Of a stretch of 64,000 nt of DNA, positions 25,227-33,871 are shown piece by piece. The notes under the pieces are model-generated. The model made no database searches, had not been told where the DNA came from, and was given only the letters and a program-made list of their open reading frames with translations. The stretch is from positions 302,178 to 366,177 of the forward strand of contig JACPKF010000001.1 of the NCBI GenBank assembly GCA_016187125.1, written 5' to 3'. The stretch comes from Candidatus Saccharimonadota bacterium (GTDB taxonomy: Bacteria; Patescibacteriota; Saccharimonadia; Saccharimonadales; UBA10212). The position numbers and the translations under genes are program-made. How positions within the stretch are numbered: position 1 is the first letter of the stretch; each line of letters starts with the position of its first letter.

Positions 25227-25871
25227 CTACGGAGAAGCTAGAATTCGTTTGAGCTGTTCAATTACCGGTCCCTCAGGTTGGATGACTTGGGCCCGGTCTT
25301 TGGCTAAATCTTTAATTAATTGTTCGATCCAGTGGTAGTGAGTGCAGCCAAGTACAATTTGGTCGGCTCCCGCATTGCGAGCCTCATTGACTATTTTTGC
25401 GATTTTTTCGCGGTCAACGCTGTTAGTCTCTACCATATAGGCCCAGTCACTGCAGTCTGGCTCTAGTACTTTAACGCTTTTGGCATACTCATCCTTGAGC
25501 CATTTGTAGCGGTCGCTGGCTAGCGTGCGAGGTGTCGCGCAAACGGCGATTACTCCCGTTTTGCTGGCCGCGGCGGCTGGCTTAACCATTGGCTCCATTC
25601 CCACTATCGGCACCGAAAACTCCGCACGTAACTGGCTGGCCAAGTTAGTGGTCACGGTGTTACAGGCAATAACAATCACCCTGCAGCCCTCATCTAAAAA
25701 ACTCTGGAAAATCGGTTTTACAAAACCATGAATTTCCTCAACTGATCTGGTGCCATAAGGCACATGCTCGGCGTCATCTTTATAAACAATTTCTAGATCC
25801 GGCAGTTCTTTTTGAATAGCCTTTACAACTGACAGTCCACCAACCCCCGAATCAAAAACGCCTATCTTCAT
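25227..25871 (-). CDS. murI: glutamate racemase (short form)
   Basis: 214 aa: MKIGVFDSGVGGLSV, IACNTVT, LGCTHY. Confidence 0.85.
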   Translation of the reverse strand: MKIGVFDSGVGGLSVVKAIQKELPDLEIVYKDDAEHVPYGTRSVEEIHGFVKPIFQSFLDEGCRVIVIACNTVTTNLASQLRAEFSVPIVGMEPMVKPAAAASKTGVIAVCATPRTLASDRYKWLKDEYAKSVKVLEPDCSDWAYMVETNSVDREKIAKIVNEARNAGADQIVLGCTHYHWIEQLIKDLAKDRAQVIQPEGPVIEQLKRILASP

Positions 25872-25972
25872 CCCGTTAGAGTCTTTACAGTTATTTGCAA
25901 AACGATAAATGTAGTTTGAGTGCTTGACATAGTTTTATATGTAATACACACGGCGTCAGGAACTCTAACGGG
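25872..25972. repeat. TIR element, copy B (diverged interior)
   Basis: The ends are CCCGTTAGAGTC ... ACTCTAACGGG. The left end touches the murI ATG (CAT|CCCGTTAGA). Confidence 0.7.
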
Positions 25973-26041
25973 ATTAACTCTTGGCACCCCAGCACCAAAG
26001 TCTTGATATTCCGAAATAGGATTATTCATCCTTTTCTCCAT

Positions 26042-26854
26042 TCATGATTTGGTACGGGGCAAGTTTTGAGCTGCTCGAATAACATTTTCGAATAACGCGC
26101 AGACCGTTAAAGGCCCTACCCCGCCCTTTTTTGGGGTGATGGTGATATCATCGCGCTCATAAAGATCGGCCGCGGCATTGCCGACGGTTTTGCCTTCTTC
26201 GTTGGCAGTGCCAGCGTCCACTATTATCACTCCCTGTTTTACCATATCGGCAGTCAAAATGCCCGCGGCGTTGGCAGCGGCAATAATTACATCGGCTCTT
26301 TTGCTCAACTCCTTGGTATTAGTAGTGTTTATATCGGCCACGTCAAGATCAATACCCGAATTTTTTAGGATTTGCTCGAGCGGTCCTCCGACTAATTTGC
26401 CCCGGCCTATCAGCAGAACTTTTTTGTCTTTTAGCTCAACGTTGTGGCCAGCCAGTAACCAAAGTATAGCCGTCGGGGTGGCAGGTTGAAATTTTGAGTT
26501 TTTGCCAAGGGCGTCAACATCTTTCTGGGGCGCAATCAGATTAACTATTTCGTCGGTTTCGTCCGGATCCTCGAGCGGTAGCTGCACAATAATCCCATAA
26601 ACACTTTTGTCGGCGTTAAGTTTGCTTAGCAAATTTGGTACTTCTTTTTGCGCAGGTCTATAGATATCTACTTCAACTCCTATATCTGTGCCGTACTTTT
26701 TCTTGAGCCGGACGTAGGTGTTGATAACCGGGTCGTCCTTAACTTGCACAATCGCCAGCTTTGGAAAAATCTTAGACTCGCGCAGCTGACGCACTTGCTG
26801 GGCGTGCCTCTGCTTTATAAAGCCTGCTAGTTCGCTGCCACTAAGAAGTTTCAT
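26042..26854 (-). CDS. folD: bifunctional methylenetetrahydrofolate dehydrogenase/cyclohydrolase
   Basis: 270 aa: YVRLKKK, GIIVQLPL, LIGRGKLVGGP, GGVGPLTVCALFENV. Confidence 0.88.
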   Translation of the reverse strand: MKLLSGSELAGFIKQRHAQQVRQLRESKIFPKLAIVQVKDDPVINTYVRLKKKYGTDIGVEVDIYRPAQKEVPNLLSKLNADKSVYGIIVQLPLEDPDETDEIVNLIAPQKDVDALGKNSKFQPATPTAILWLLAGHNVELKDKKVLLIGRGKLVGGPLEQILKNSGIDLDVADINTTNTKELSKRADVIIAAANAAGILTADMVKQGVIIVDAGTANEEGKTVGNAAADLYERDDITITPKKGGVGPLTVCALFENVIRAAQNLPRTKS

Positions 26855-26961
26855 CCTGTTATTCTAACTTATAAAATTGGGCTCCCCAAGCCGAGAGAGT
26901 TGATCTAGCTAACGCGCAGGGCTAACCCAAGATGTCCTTTGGTCCAAATCTAGCAAACTTT

Positions 26962-27004
26962 CCAATGAAAATGTCTCAACCTTTGGCTGAGACATTTTCA
27001 TTGG
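26962..27004. terminator. 17-bp stem hairpin abutting the 3' CCA of tRNA-Lys
   Basis: CCAATGAAAATGTCTCA-acctttggc-TGAGACATTTTCATTGG. The tRNA CCA is part of the stem. Confidence 0.65.
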
Positions 27005-27078
27005 AGGGCCCACTGGGACTTGAACCCAGGACACTCTGCTTAAGAGGCAGATGCTCTAACCAACTGAGCTATGGGCCC
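27002..27078 (-). tRNA. tRNA-Lys (anticodon CTT), CCA encoded
   Basis: The reverse complement is GGGCCCATAGCTCAGTTGGTTAGAGCATCTGCCTCTTAAGCAGAGTGTCCTGGGTTCAAGTCCCAGTGGGCCCTCCA. Confidence 0.9.
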
Positions 27079-27194
27079 TCGTTGCGACTTACGCGCCTAC
27101 CTCGTTTTACATAATCAGTAAAAACTTCAGTCTAGCGCTACGAGTGCTCCTCTCAATTTTGCAAAAACCTGCACTGCGTGTTTTTGCAAAATCG
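27079..27194 (-). promoter_or_regulatory. stable-RNA promoter/leader cassette (tRNA-Lys copy)
   Basis: In gene orientation: CGATTTTGCAAAAACACGCAGTGCAGGTTTTTGCAAAATTGAGAGGAGCACTCGTAGCGCTAGACTGAAG, hairpin TTTTAC-tgattat-GTAAAA, then GGCGCGTAAGTCGCAACGA. It differs from the 58571..58686 copy by about 1 nt over about 105 nt. Confidence 0.7.
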
Positions 27195-27260
27195 TTTAGC
27201 TGCAAAGCCATCAAATACTAGCACGTTCACCCCTGTTTTGTGAAGCATTATGTACAAAAT

Positions 27261-27349
27261 CCCTTACCTTTTTAGAGTGAAAGTAGTTTGTAATCCACGG
27301 CATGTCGCCATGGCATGCAGATTACGAAAACGCCTGCAAAAGGTGTGGG
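27261..27349. repeat. structured repeat family F5 (copy 3, expanded loop)
   Basis: The outer stem CCCTTACCTTTTTAG / CCTGCAAAAGGTGTGGG encloses GTTTGTAATCC...GCAGATTACGAAAAC. Confidence 0.55.
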
Positions 27350-27372
27350 ATAAACGGTGATACAATTCAGGC

Positions 27373-27894
27373 ATGGATAAATCTGAGCTAAGAGAGCAGC
27401 TAAAAGCGCGGCGGCAAAAGCTTAGTGCACGCGAAGTTAAGCATTTAAGCCAACAGATTATAAATAACTGTTGGCAGATAATTGATTGGAGGGACATTTA
27501 CTCAGTCCATAGCTACTTGCCGATTGCCAAAAACAACGAGATTGACACGCTGTCGCTGTTAAAAGCTGCCAGGCGAGTAAATCCGGAGCTTAAAATAGCC
27601 AGCTCGGACCCAAATAGCCAAACCTACTGGCTGGATTCTGACTTTCAGCCAACAAAAAAAGTTCCAAAAGATTTTCAATATGACCTGATAATTGTGCCTT
27701 TGCTGGCTTTTGATAAGTCCGGTTACCGTCTAGGTTACGGTGGCGGATTTTACGATAAATTTTTAGCCGGTCAGGAACAAGTTTTAACTATCGGCCTCTG
27801 TTATGAGTTCGGCCACTTACTTAAACTCCCACGGGAGAAGCACGATCTGCCTCTCCAAAATATAATTACCGAAAAGAACATTTATAAATTCTAG
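27373..27894 (+). CDS. 5-formyltetrahydrofolate cyclo-ligase
   Basis: 173 aa: LKARRQKLS, YLPIAKNNEIDT, VPLLAFDKSGYRLGYGGGFYDKFL. Confidence 0.85.
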   Translation: MDKSELREQLKARRQKLSAREVKHLSQQIINNCWQIIDWRDIYSVHSYLPIAKNNEIDTLSLLKAARRVNPELKIASSDPNSQTYWLDSDFQPTKKVPKDFQYDLIIVPLLAFDKSGYRLGYGGGFYDKFLAGQEQVLTIGLCYEFGHLLKLPREKHDLPLQNIITEKNIYKF

Positions 27895-27910
27895 AGCAAA
27901 CTGCAATGTT

Positions 27911-27953
27911 GCTACAAGTGCTACAAGAGTGCTACAAGGATTATCCATGTAGC
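27911..27953. repeat. REP family F1 copy with two leading half-sites
   Basis: GCTACAAG (27911), GCTACAAG (27920), then GCTACAAGGATTATCCATGTAGC (27931-27953, 1 mismatch). Confidence 0.85.
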
Positions 27954-28088
27954 ATAAGGTTTTTACACTGGGCAGCGGAGCAGATACAATAAACCCATTA
28001 TGCTGCTGAACAAAAGAGTTACAACTTGGTCCGGCTTTGCCTGCTAATTCCTCTTCCCATTCACCATTAATTTAAGAGGAGAATTCCA

Positions 28089-28763
28089 ATGTTTAAAATT
28101 CAAAAATTTGATCTAGTTGTAGCACTTTTTATTTTTGGTGTTATGACAGCCGAGATATTCGGCTCCAAAACCTTCCCGCTGACTAACTTTAGCTGGATGC
28201 ACCTTAACGCTAGCGTGGCTATTTTTGTGCTGCCACTGCTTTTCACCCTTACTGATGTGGTAGTCGAAGTCCATGGTAGAGCCCGGGCCCGTAGCATGGT
28301 GTGGTCCGGTTTAATAGTCATAGCTCTGTTGTTGCTTTTTTCGCTTCTAGCAACCCATCTGCCACCCTCTAAAAGATTTGCAGCTTCAGAGTCCGCCTAT
28401 GATAAGATTTTTGGCTTAACAGCGCGTATTTCGGCTGCCAGTTTAGCTGCTTTTGCCATATCGGAGTTTTTGGATGTAGCGATTTTTGCTAAGCTGCGCG
28501 AAAAACTGCACAAAAAGGCGCTTTGGCTGCGTAATAATTTGTCTAATTTCATCTCAATGTTTGTCGACTCACTGGTCTTTATTTTTCTGGCCTTTTATTC
28601 GTTCAGTCACGGGCTAGGAGATAACTTGACCTTTTTGTTTGGCCTAATAATTCCCTACTGGCTGATTAAATGTTCTTTGTCTGTTTTGGAGACACCGCTG
28701 GTCTATCTAGGAGTAAGGTGGCTTAAGGAAGATAAAGCAAAAAATGTTAGTAAGACCACTTAA
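28089..28763 (+). CDS. queuosine-precursor transporter (YhhQ/VUT family)
   Basis: 224 aa, multi-TM: LLFTLTDVVVEVHGRARAR, ISEFLDVAIFAKLR, FVDSLVFIFLAF. Confidence 0.75.
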   Translation: MFKIQKFDLVVALFIFGVMTAEIFGSKTFPLTNFSWMHLNASVAIFVLPLLFTLTDVVVEVHGRARARSMVWSGLIVIALLLLFSLLATHLPPSKRFAASESAYDKIFGLTARISAASLAAFAISEFLDVAIFAKLREKLHKKALWLRNNLSNFISMFVDSLVFIFLAFYSFSHGLGDNLTFLFGLIIPYWLIKCSLSVLETPLVYLGVRWLKEDKAKNVSKTT

Positions 28764-29493
28764 GACTAAAAAGATACTGCCCGGCGCTCAATCTATGGTT
28801 GAAGTCTTAGACGAAAGCTTGGAAAAAGTAGAAGAAAAAAACATTCTGGTTGTGACTTCTAAGATTGTGGCGCTATGTGAAGGCAGAGCAGTTCCCATAA
28901 AAGGTAATGATAAAGAAGAGTTAATCAAGCAAGAAGCTGATTATTACTTGCCGCGTCGATCAAGCAAGTGGAATTTTGAGTTCACCATAACCAAAAAGAC
29001 TCTAATAATGTCCGCTGGCATCGATGAATCAAACACTAACGGAAATTATTTGCTGTGGCCTAAAGATCCGCAAAAATCAGTCAATGAGATTCGATCTTAT
29101 CTGAAAAAAAGATTTAGTCTAGAAACCGTAGGCGTAATTATTACCGACAGTTCCTGCACCCCAATGCGCTGGGGGACTGTTGGTGTGCCTATCGCCTACA
29201 GTGGGTTCGAGCCCAAAAAGAACTACATCGGCACAAAAGATCTATTTGGCTATACATTAAAAGTTAGTCAGTCTAATATTGCCGGCGGCTTGGCCGCGGC
29301 GGCAGTTGTAACCATGGGAGAGGGTAAAGAGCAAACACCTTTGGCGTTAATTTCGGATATCCCGTTTGTTAGTTTTTTGGATCATGATCCAACCCAAGAG
29401 GAGTTAGATCAATACTTTATCGGCCATAAGGAAGACGATCTGTTCGAGCCATTCCTCAGTAGCGTCAAGTGGCTCCCCGGCAAAAACAAATAA
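28744..29493 (+). CDS. CofE-like gamma-glutamyl ligase (putative folate-metabolism gamma-glutamate ligase)
   Basis: 249 aa: ILVVTSKIVALCEGRAV, AGIDESN, ITDSSCTPMRWGTVGV, MGEGKEQTPLALI. Sits in a folate gene context. Confidence 0.7.
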   Translation: MLVRPLKTKKILPGAQSMVEVLDESLEKVEEKNILVVTSKIVALCEGRAVPIKGNDKEELIKQEADYYLPRRSSKWNFEFTITKKTLIMSAGIDESNTNGNYLLWPKDPQKSVNEIRSYLKKRFSLETVGVIITDSSCTPMRWGTVGVPIAYSGFEPKKNYIGTKDLFGYTLKVSQSNIAGGLAAAAVVTMGEGKEQTPLALISDIPFVSFLDHDPTQEELDQYFIGHKEDDLFEPFLSSVKWLPGKNK

Positions 29494-29583
29494 ATTTTGG
29501 TACTCCGTGCTAAACGAGACCTGACTGCCGATAGGCAGGTTAGAATCTCGATTATTCAGTTCACTGATGGCTGAACCAGGAGT

Positions 29584-29784
29584 TTAAGCTTGTGTAGCTG
29601 AGCTGACGACAACCGGCGGCTGGCAACCGCAGTGAACATCGGCTTGACTGCAGGCCTTACACTTCATGGTGCAGTAACGGTCCGAGCCAGCGTGCTTGTG
29701 ATTTTCGTCGTGGTTATCGGACTCGCTGCCGCATATAGCACATTTCCAACCCTCGGTTTTGCCATTACATTTTGGACATTCCAT
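29584..29784 (-). CDS. small Cys/His-rich metal-binding protein (66 aa, 11 Cys)
   Basis: MECPKCNGKTEGWKCAICGSESDNHDENHKHAGSDRYCTMKCKACSQADVHCGC. Lies directly downstream of merA. Confidence 0.6.
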   Translation of the reverse strand: MECPKCNGKTEGWKCAICGSESDNHDENHKHAGSDRYCTMKCKACSQADVHCGCQPPVVVSSATQA

Positions 29785-29852
29785 AGCTATTTCCCCTTCT
29801 TATTATGCTTTTATTATAGGCTACGGTAGTTATTTTACTTTTATGATTTTGT

Positions 29853-31256
29853 TTATATGCAGCAACTTAGCTTGGACACATCCTGCGTAAATGACATAGC
29901 GACTAATTTAATAGCTTCGGACATTGTTGGGAATACAGGCAGCATATTTGTTAAATCGTCTATAGTATTCTTGTTTTTAATTAGCACCATTGCCTGGGCA
30001 ATCAAGTCTCCAGCATTTGGGGCGAGTATATGCACACCCATAATCACCTTAGTTTGCGGGTGGATTGCCATTTTAATAACACCTTCTGTTCGTTTGGTTA
30101 TCAATGCTTTGGGCAACTTATCAAAAGTAACTGTGCGGCAGGCACAGACCTTTAGTTCTGCCATTTGTCTGTCTTCGGTATAGCCAACCGAGGCCAGCTG
30201 CGGGTCTGTAAAGACCGCGTAAGGCACGATGTTGTAGTCTATAAATTTACCAGAACCGTTGAGGGCATTTTCTACGGCATACGTGCCTTCACGGCCAGCC
30301 GTCGTTTCCAGCCGCAGCGGTAAGTTAGTCACATCGCCAGCAGCATAGATGTGAGGCTGTGAGGTCTGTAGTGTTGGCTGAGTAACGATAGCTTGCTTAT
30401 CGTCAACTTGAATGCCAGCTACTACTAAGTTCAGTTCAGCTGTATTTGGCGTTTTGCCAGCCGCCAGTAGTATTTCATCTACGTCTATAGGGTGTTCGCC
30501 AGATGTATCATTGTAAAATACTGTCTTCCTGCCATTCTCAGTTGTAACTTTAGTAACTTTGACTCCAGTCTTTATGTTGATACCTTCACTCCCTAGTATC
30601 TGACTTAACTGCTGAGTCAAAACAGGCTCGGCATTAGGCATAACAGAGGTTGCTCTTTGCAAGATGGTTACTTGACTACCAAAACGAGCATACAGCTGTG
30701 CCAATTCTAAGCCTACCGGCCCTGCTCCAATAACCGCCAGCCGTTTGGGAATTGTGTTGAGCCGCATGGCTTCTATGTGAGTTATGTAGCCAGCTTCAGC
30801 TAGCCCCTCAATCTTTGGCAAGGTGGCTGTTGAGCCAGTAGCGATGATGAACTTAGCTGTCTCTAGGTTTTGTTCACCTACTTTAATCTGATTGCTGGAC
30901 ACAAAGCTGGCTTTACCTTTTATGTAGGTTACGTTGCCCAAGTCCCTAAGCACTTGTTCGTATTTCTCTGTCCGCAATTTTTCAACTAGCGCCAGTTCGT
31001 CCGCCACAACAGCGGCATAATCAGTGGCCTTTACAGCTAGTTTAATGCCTGGCACGCCGTGATGTTTAGCGGTATACACTAACTCGGCAGCGTGCAACAG
31101 CGTTTTTGAAGGCACGCAACCAACGTTTACACAGGTGCCGCCCAGCGGCAGACCATCATTAACAAAAGCCGTTTTAGCTCCTAGCTCGTTGGCTTTAATA
31201 GCTGCGGCAAAAGCTCCGGCACCGCCGCCGATGATAACAAGATCAAAGTTACTCAT
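29853..31256 (-). CDS. merA: mercuric reductase core (no NmerA domain)
   Basis: The start is taken at MSNFDLVIIGGG (ATG 31256, an ATGAGTAA overlap with the upstream stop). Redox site GGTCVNVGCVPSK; C-terminal vicinal Cys pair KLSCCI. Confidence 0.8.
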   Translation of the reverse strand: MSNFDLVIIGGGAGAFAAAIKANELGAKTAFVNDGLPLGGTCVNVGCVPSKTLLHAAELVYTAKHHGVPGIKLAVKATDYAAVVADELALVEKLRTEKYEQVLRDLGNVTYIKGKASFVSSNQIKVGEQNLETAKFIIATGSTATLPKIEGLAEAGYITHIEAMRLNTIPKRLAVIGAGPVGLELAQLYARFGSQVTILQRATSVMPNAEPVLTQQLSQILGSEGINIKTGVKVTKVTTENGRKTVFYNDTSGEHPIDVDEILLAAGKTPNTAELNLVVAGIQVDDKQAIVTQPTLQTSQPHIYAAGDVTNLPLRLETTAGREGTYAVENALNGSGKFIDYNIVPYAVFTDPQLASVGYTEDRQMAELKVCACRTVTFDKLPKALITKRTEGVIKMAIHPQTKVIMGVHILAPNAGDLIAQAMVLIKNKNTIDDLTNMLPVFPTMSEAIKLVAMSFTQDVSKLSCCI

Positions 31257-31650
31257 GGTGATGACCCCCTGATTTTTTACTAAATTGTCTTTTGTTAAAA
31301 ACAACAGCTACAATTACAGTAACAGCCCCTGGGGCCCATATCTGCCAGCCGCCAAAACCAGCGCCGCCAAATACATAGCGGCCCAGATAGAGCAATACTC
31401 CACCGACTATCAGTAACAATAGGGGGTACGGATCTCTATGTGAGCGGTAATCAAAAGCAAAACCCACAAGACTCAGAGCGAGTAATAGAGCAATAACCCA
31501 CCGCCACACTGGAATAAGGGCACCTAGACCAAGATAGGTAAGTAGTGAAGCGGAACCCAGCCAACATAAAGGACAGGCTCCTACAGCGCCTGCGCCCAGA
31601 ATCGGAGCTAAAGGGGCTAAAGGATTTTTTGGACTTGAACTCATTGACAC
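31249..31650 (-). CDS. membrane protein with CPLC motif in TM1 and His-rich tail (putative Hg/metal transporter, MerC-like)
   Basis: 133 aa: GAVGACPLCWLGSASLL, 4 predicted TM helices, ends GGHHHE. Translationally coupled to merA. Confidence 0.5.
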   Translation of the reverse strand: MSMSSSPKNPLAPLAPILGAGAVGACPLCWLGSASLLTYLGLGALIPVWRWVIALLLALSLVGFAFDYRSHRDPYPLLLLIVGGVLLYLGRYVFGGAGFGGWQIWAPGAVTVIVAVVFNKRQFSKKSGGHHHE

Positions 31651-31668
31651 TAGCCTTTCCTGGTCAGC

Positions 31669-31986
31669 TTATACACTAAGCAATTCCTTTAATTCACTGC
31701 TAAAACCAGCCTGATTGAGAGAATAAAAAACGGTTTGGGCTTCTTTTCTGGTTTTAACCAAATTAACAGCCCGCAATTTGCTAAGACTGTGCGAGGTATT
31801 AGAAACCGACGTACCGACTAGCTCGGCAATGACCGTAACGCTAAGTTCAGGATGATGGCGAAGTAGGTAGCAAATCTTGAGTTTTGTAACATCGCCAATC
31901 ACCCCGCACTGGCGAGCACATAGTCCAATCGCCTCGTTATCTTGCAGCTCCTGCTTTAATCGTTGAGTATTTGAACGCATATTCAA
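31669..31986 (-). CDS. ArsR/SmtB family metalloregulator
   Basis: 105 aa: GDVTKLKICYLLRHHPELSVTVIAELVGTSVSNTSHSLSKLRAVNLV. The TTG track start may really be the ATG at 31980. Confidence 0.8.
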   Translation of the reverse strand: MNMRSNTQRLKQELQDNEAIGLCARQCGVIGDVTKLKICYLLRHHPELSVTVIAELVGTSVSNTSHSLSKLRAVNLVKTRKEAQTVFYSLNQAGFSSELKELLSV

Positions 31987-31991
31987 ATACT
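31966..31991. promoter_or_regulatory. 10-6-10 inverted repeat over the ArsR start (candidate operator)
   Basis: AGTATTTGAA cgcata TTCAAATACT spans the start codon region of 31669..31986. Confidence 0.45.
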
Positions 31992-32140
31992 ACTATTGCG
32001 TGTTTAGTTTGTAAATGACTTTCTTGTTTCAAATGCATGGATGATTGCGGCTTCTTTTGTTCTTCACACCAAAGAGCACGTTTTTCGTCGGTCTTTTCGT
32101 CCGGGCAGTAGGACCATAGTCTACGAATTGTCTACTCAGT

Positions 32141-32623
32141 TTATTCTACACGGCTCTCTATCAAGTTTAGGCCTATATAGCTTTCAAGCATCAAGATAAG
32201 GTAAGCGGCGTTGCCATACACAAATGACATACCAATAAACCATAAGAGGTAGCTGTCGTAGATTGGATCTTTCAGTATTTTATAAATGCCTTTGTGCGAA
32301 ATCTTTCCACGACCAAACAAGTTGCCGTTCGTTAGCGATTGAACACCTATTTCATGCAGGGCCATCATAAACACTCCAAAAGCCATCAAAAGCAGCACGT
32401 AACCTACAATTGGCAACAAATAGAAATTTATCCCGTAGTGGCCGTTCAAACTTACGAATAAATATATAAAAGCAATCCAAGCCGGCACTATGACAGCACT
32501 ATGGATTAACCAGCCATTTTGCCAGCGATTATAGTATTTATAGCGTCTTTGGGCATAAACACTAACCGAATTTATTGCTACCGCCAGTGCAAAAACCAAA
32601 CAAGTCAGAATAAAATAGATCAT
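32141..32623 (-). CDS. ICMT/PEMT-like membrane protein (tentative methyltransferase family)
   Basis: 160 aa, about 4 TM helices. KGIYKILKDPIYDSY resembles the GxYxxxRHPxY motif, but the C-terminal part of the family signature is missing. Confidence 0.4.
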   Translation of the reverse strand: MIYFILTCLVFALAVAINSVSVYAQRRYKYYNRWQNGWLIHSAVIVPAWIAFIYLFVSLNGHYGINFYLLPIVGYVLLLMAFGVFMMALHEIGVQSLTNGNLFGRGKISHKGIYKILKDPIYDSYLLWFIGMSFVYGNAAYLILMLESYIGLNLIESRVE

Positions 32624-32985
32624 TTTTTTAAACTTTTCTCGTACTCAAGATGTGTACCAACCCGAATCAGTTTGATAACACGAATGATCCGGAGTCCTCT
32701 AAGTAACTGAGCGAAAGTATATGGCAAGGGTATGGCGGCCAGCAGATAAAACCAGTTACTCTTGACGTAACCCCTTTTATTGGTTGTTAACTCTAGCTCA
32801 AGTACAAATTCTCCAATGAAAATAAGCCCCACAGTCACATCGAAAACATCGAGCGCTCTTAACTGAGCCGTGGAAAGATAGCCCAGTTGCTCAATCGCCA
32901 AAAATACCAAACTCAATGCTGCCAAAGTAAGGATTAAGCACTCCTTGGCGTATAGGAATTCTTTTAGTCTTTTGTTTTGTTTCAT
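32620..32985 (-). CDS. stand-alone voltage-sensor-domain-like protein (S1-S4, no pore)
   Basis: 121 aa. S2-like FDVTVGLIFIGEFVLEL, S3-like NWFYLLAAIPLP, and S4 with basic residues every third position (LLRGLRIIRVIKLIRV). It ends 14 aa after S4 and overlaps the next gene by 4 nt. Confidence 0.55.
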   Translation of the reverse strand: MKQNKRLKEFLYAKECLILTLAALSLVFLAIEQLGYLSTAQLRALDVFDVTVGLIFIGEFVLELELTTNKRGYVKSNWFYLLAAIPLPYTFAQLLRGLRIIRVIKLIRVGTHLEYEKSLKK

Positions 32986-33051
32986 TTCTTCCTGTCCTGC
33001 TAACAGCTTACTGCAGCTCCATATTAACCGCCATTTATTTTTTGCGTTTTC

Positions 33052-33480
33052 TTAGTATTTTCCTGCGGGCTGAACGTCTCGCAGTTTTTTACTGAGTAAA
33101 TCCATGAGATCGGATAAACCAGTTGTGCTCTTGAACTCGTCGCTGCTTATAAGCATAGTGATAGAGCCGTTTTGCTCTAAGATTATAGCCGGAAAAGTAA
33201 TATTTTGGTCGGAATAGGCCCGGCTGAACTCATCACGATGCATAAAGATCGATGGCATGCCTAGATTGACCACATATTGTTTCCATAATTTATTCATCGT
33301 TGCACCACTATAAGTCATCATGCACAGTTTACAGGGATATGTTTTTGGGCTGACTGTTTTACGGGCCAAATCTAGCATAGAGTGCATAAATCCACCCTTG
33401 GCATTGTAGACAAAAATAAGTTTTGACCCACACTTATTAATCGCCTCAGTCCCCAAAACTGCAAGATCATACTCCTTCAT
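33052..33480 (-). CDS. hypothetical protein with CKLC (CxxC) motif, thioredoxin-fold-like
   Basis: 142 aa with YPCKLCMMTYSG. No family recognised. Confidence 0.45.
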   Translation of the reverse strand: MKEYDLAVLGTEAINKCGSKLIFVYNAKGGFMHSMLDLARKTVSPKTYPCKLCMMTYSGATMNKLWKQYVVNLGMPSIFMHRDEFSRAYSDQNITFPAIILEQNGSITMLISSDEFKSTTGLSDLMDLLSKKLRDVQPAGKY

Positions 33481-33481
33481 C

Positions 33482-33865
33482 TCAGGTCTCGACTTTTTCT
33501 ACATGGCAATGGCAGCCAAAAGCCACATAATTATGAATGTTCCTATTAACGGCTTTAGCTGACTTTGCTACCGGATAAGGATAAGTCCAGGCTTCGTCTT
33601 TATGCCACTTTTTAGCTTTACCTACGTCAAAATGTAGCTGTTTTTTGCCAAATGGATAGCTCAAGAGGGGGCGTAAAAAGCTGCGGTCAATAGATTCCGG
33701 CGGAAAATACCAATTCCCGTCTCTGTGAACAAGCTCCTGCTGGGGTGCTTCGGCGACAACATGGCCGTTCCAAATAGCCTTAAGTAACTTTTGTTGCTTC
33801 GCATCTTCCCTGTGCCAGCCCTCGTATTTTGCTAATAAGCCTTTTATCAAAAGATTCTCCTTCAT
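33482..33865 (-). CDS. DUF427-like protein
   Basis: 127 aa: AIWNGHVVAEAPQQELVHRDGNWYFPPESI...EAWTYPYP...YVAF. Confidence 0.55.
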   Translation of the reverse strand: MKENLLIKGLLAKYEGWHREDAKQQKLLKAIWNGHVVAEAPQQELVHRDGNWYFPPESIDRSFLRPLLSYPFGKKQLHFDVGKAKKWHKDEAWTYPYPVAKSAKAVNRNIHNYVAFGCHCHVEKVET

Positions 33866-33871
33866 TTTTAT

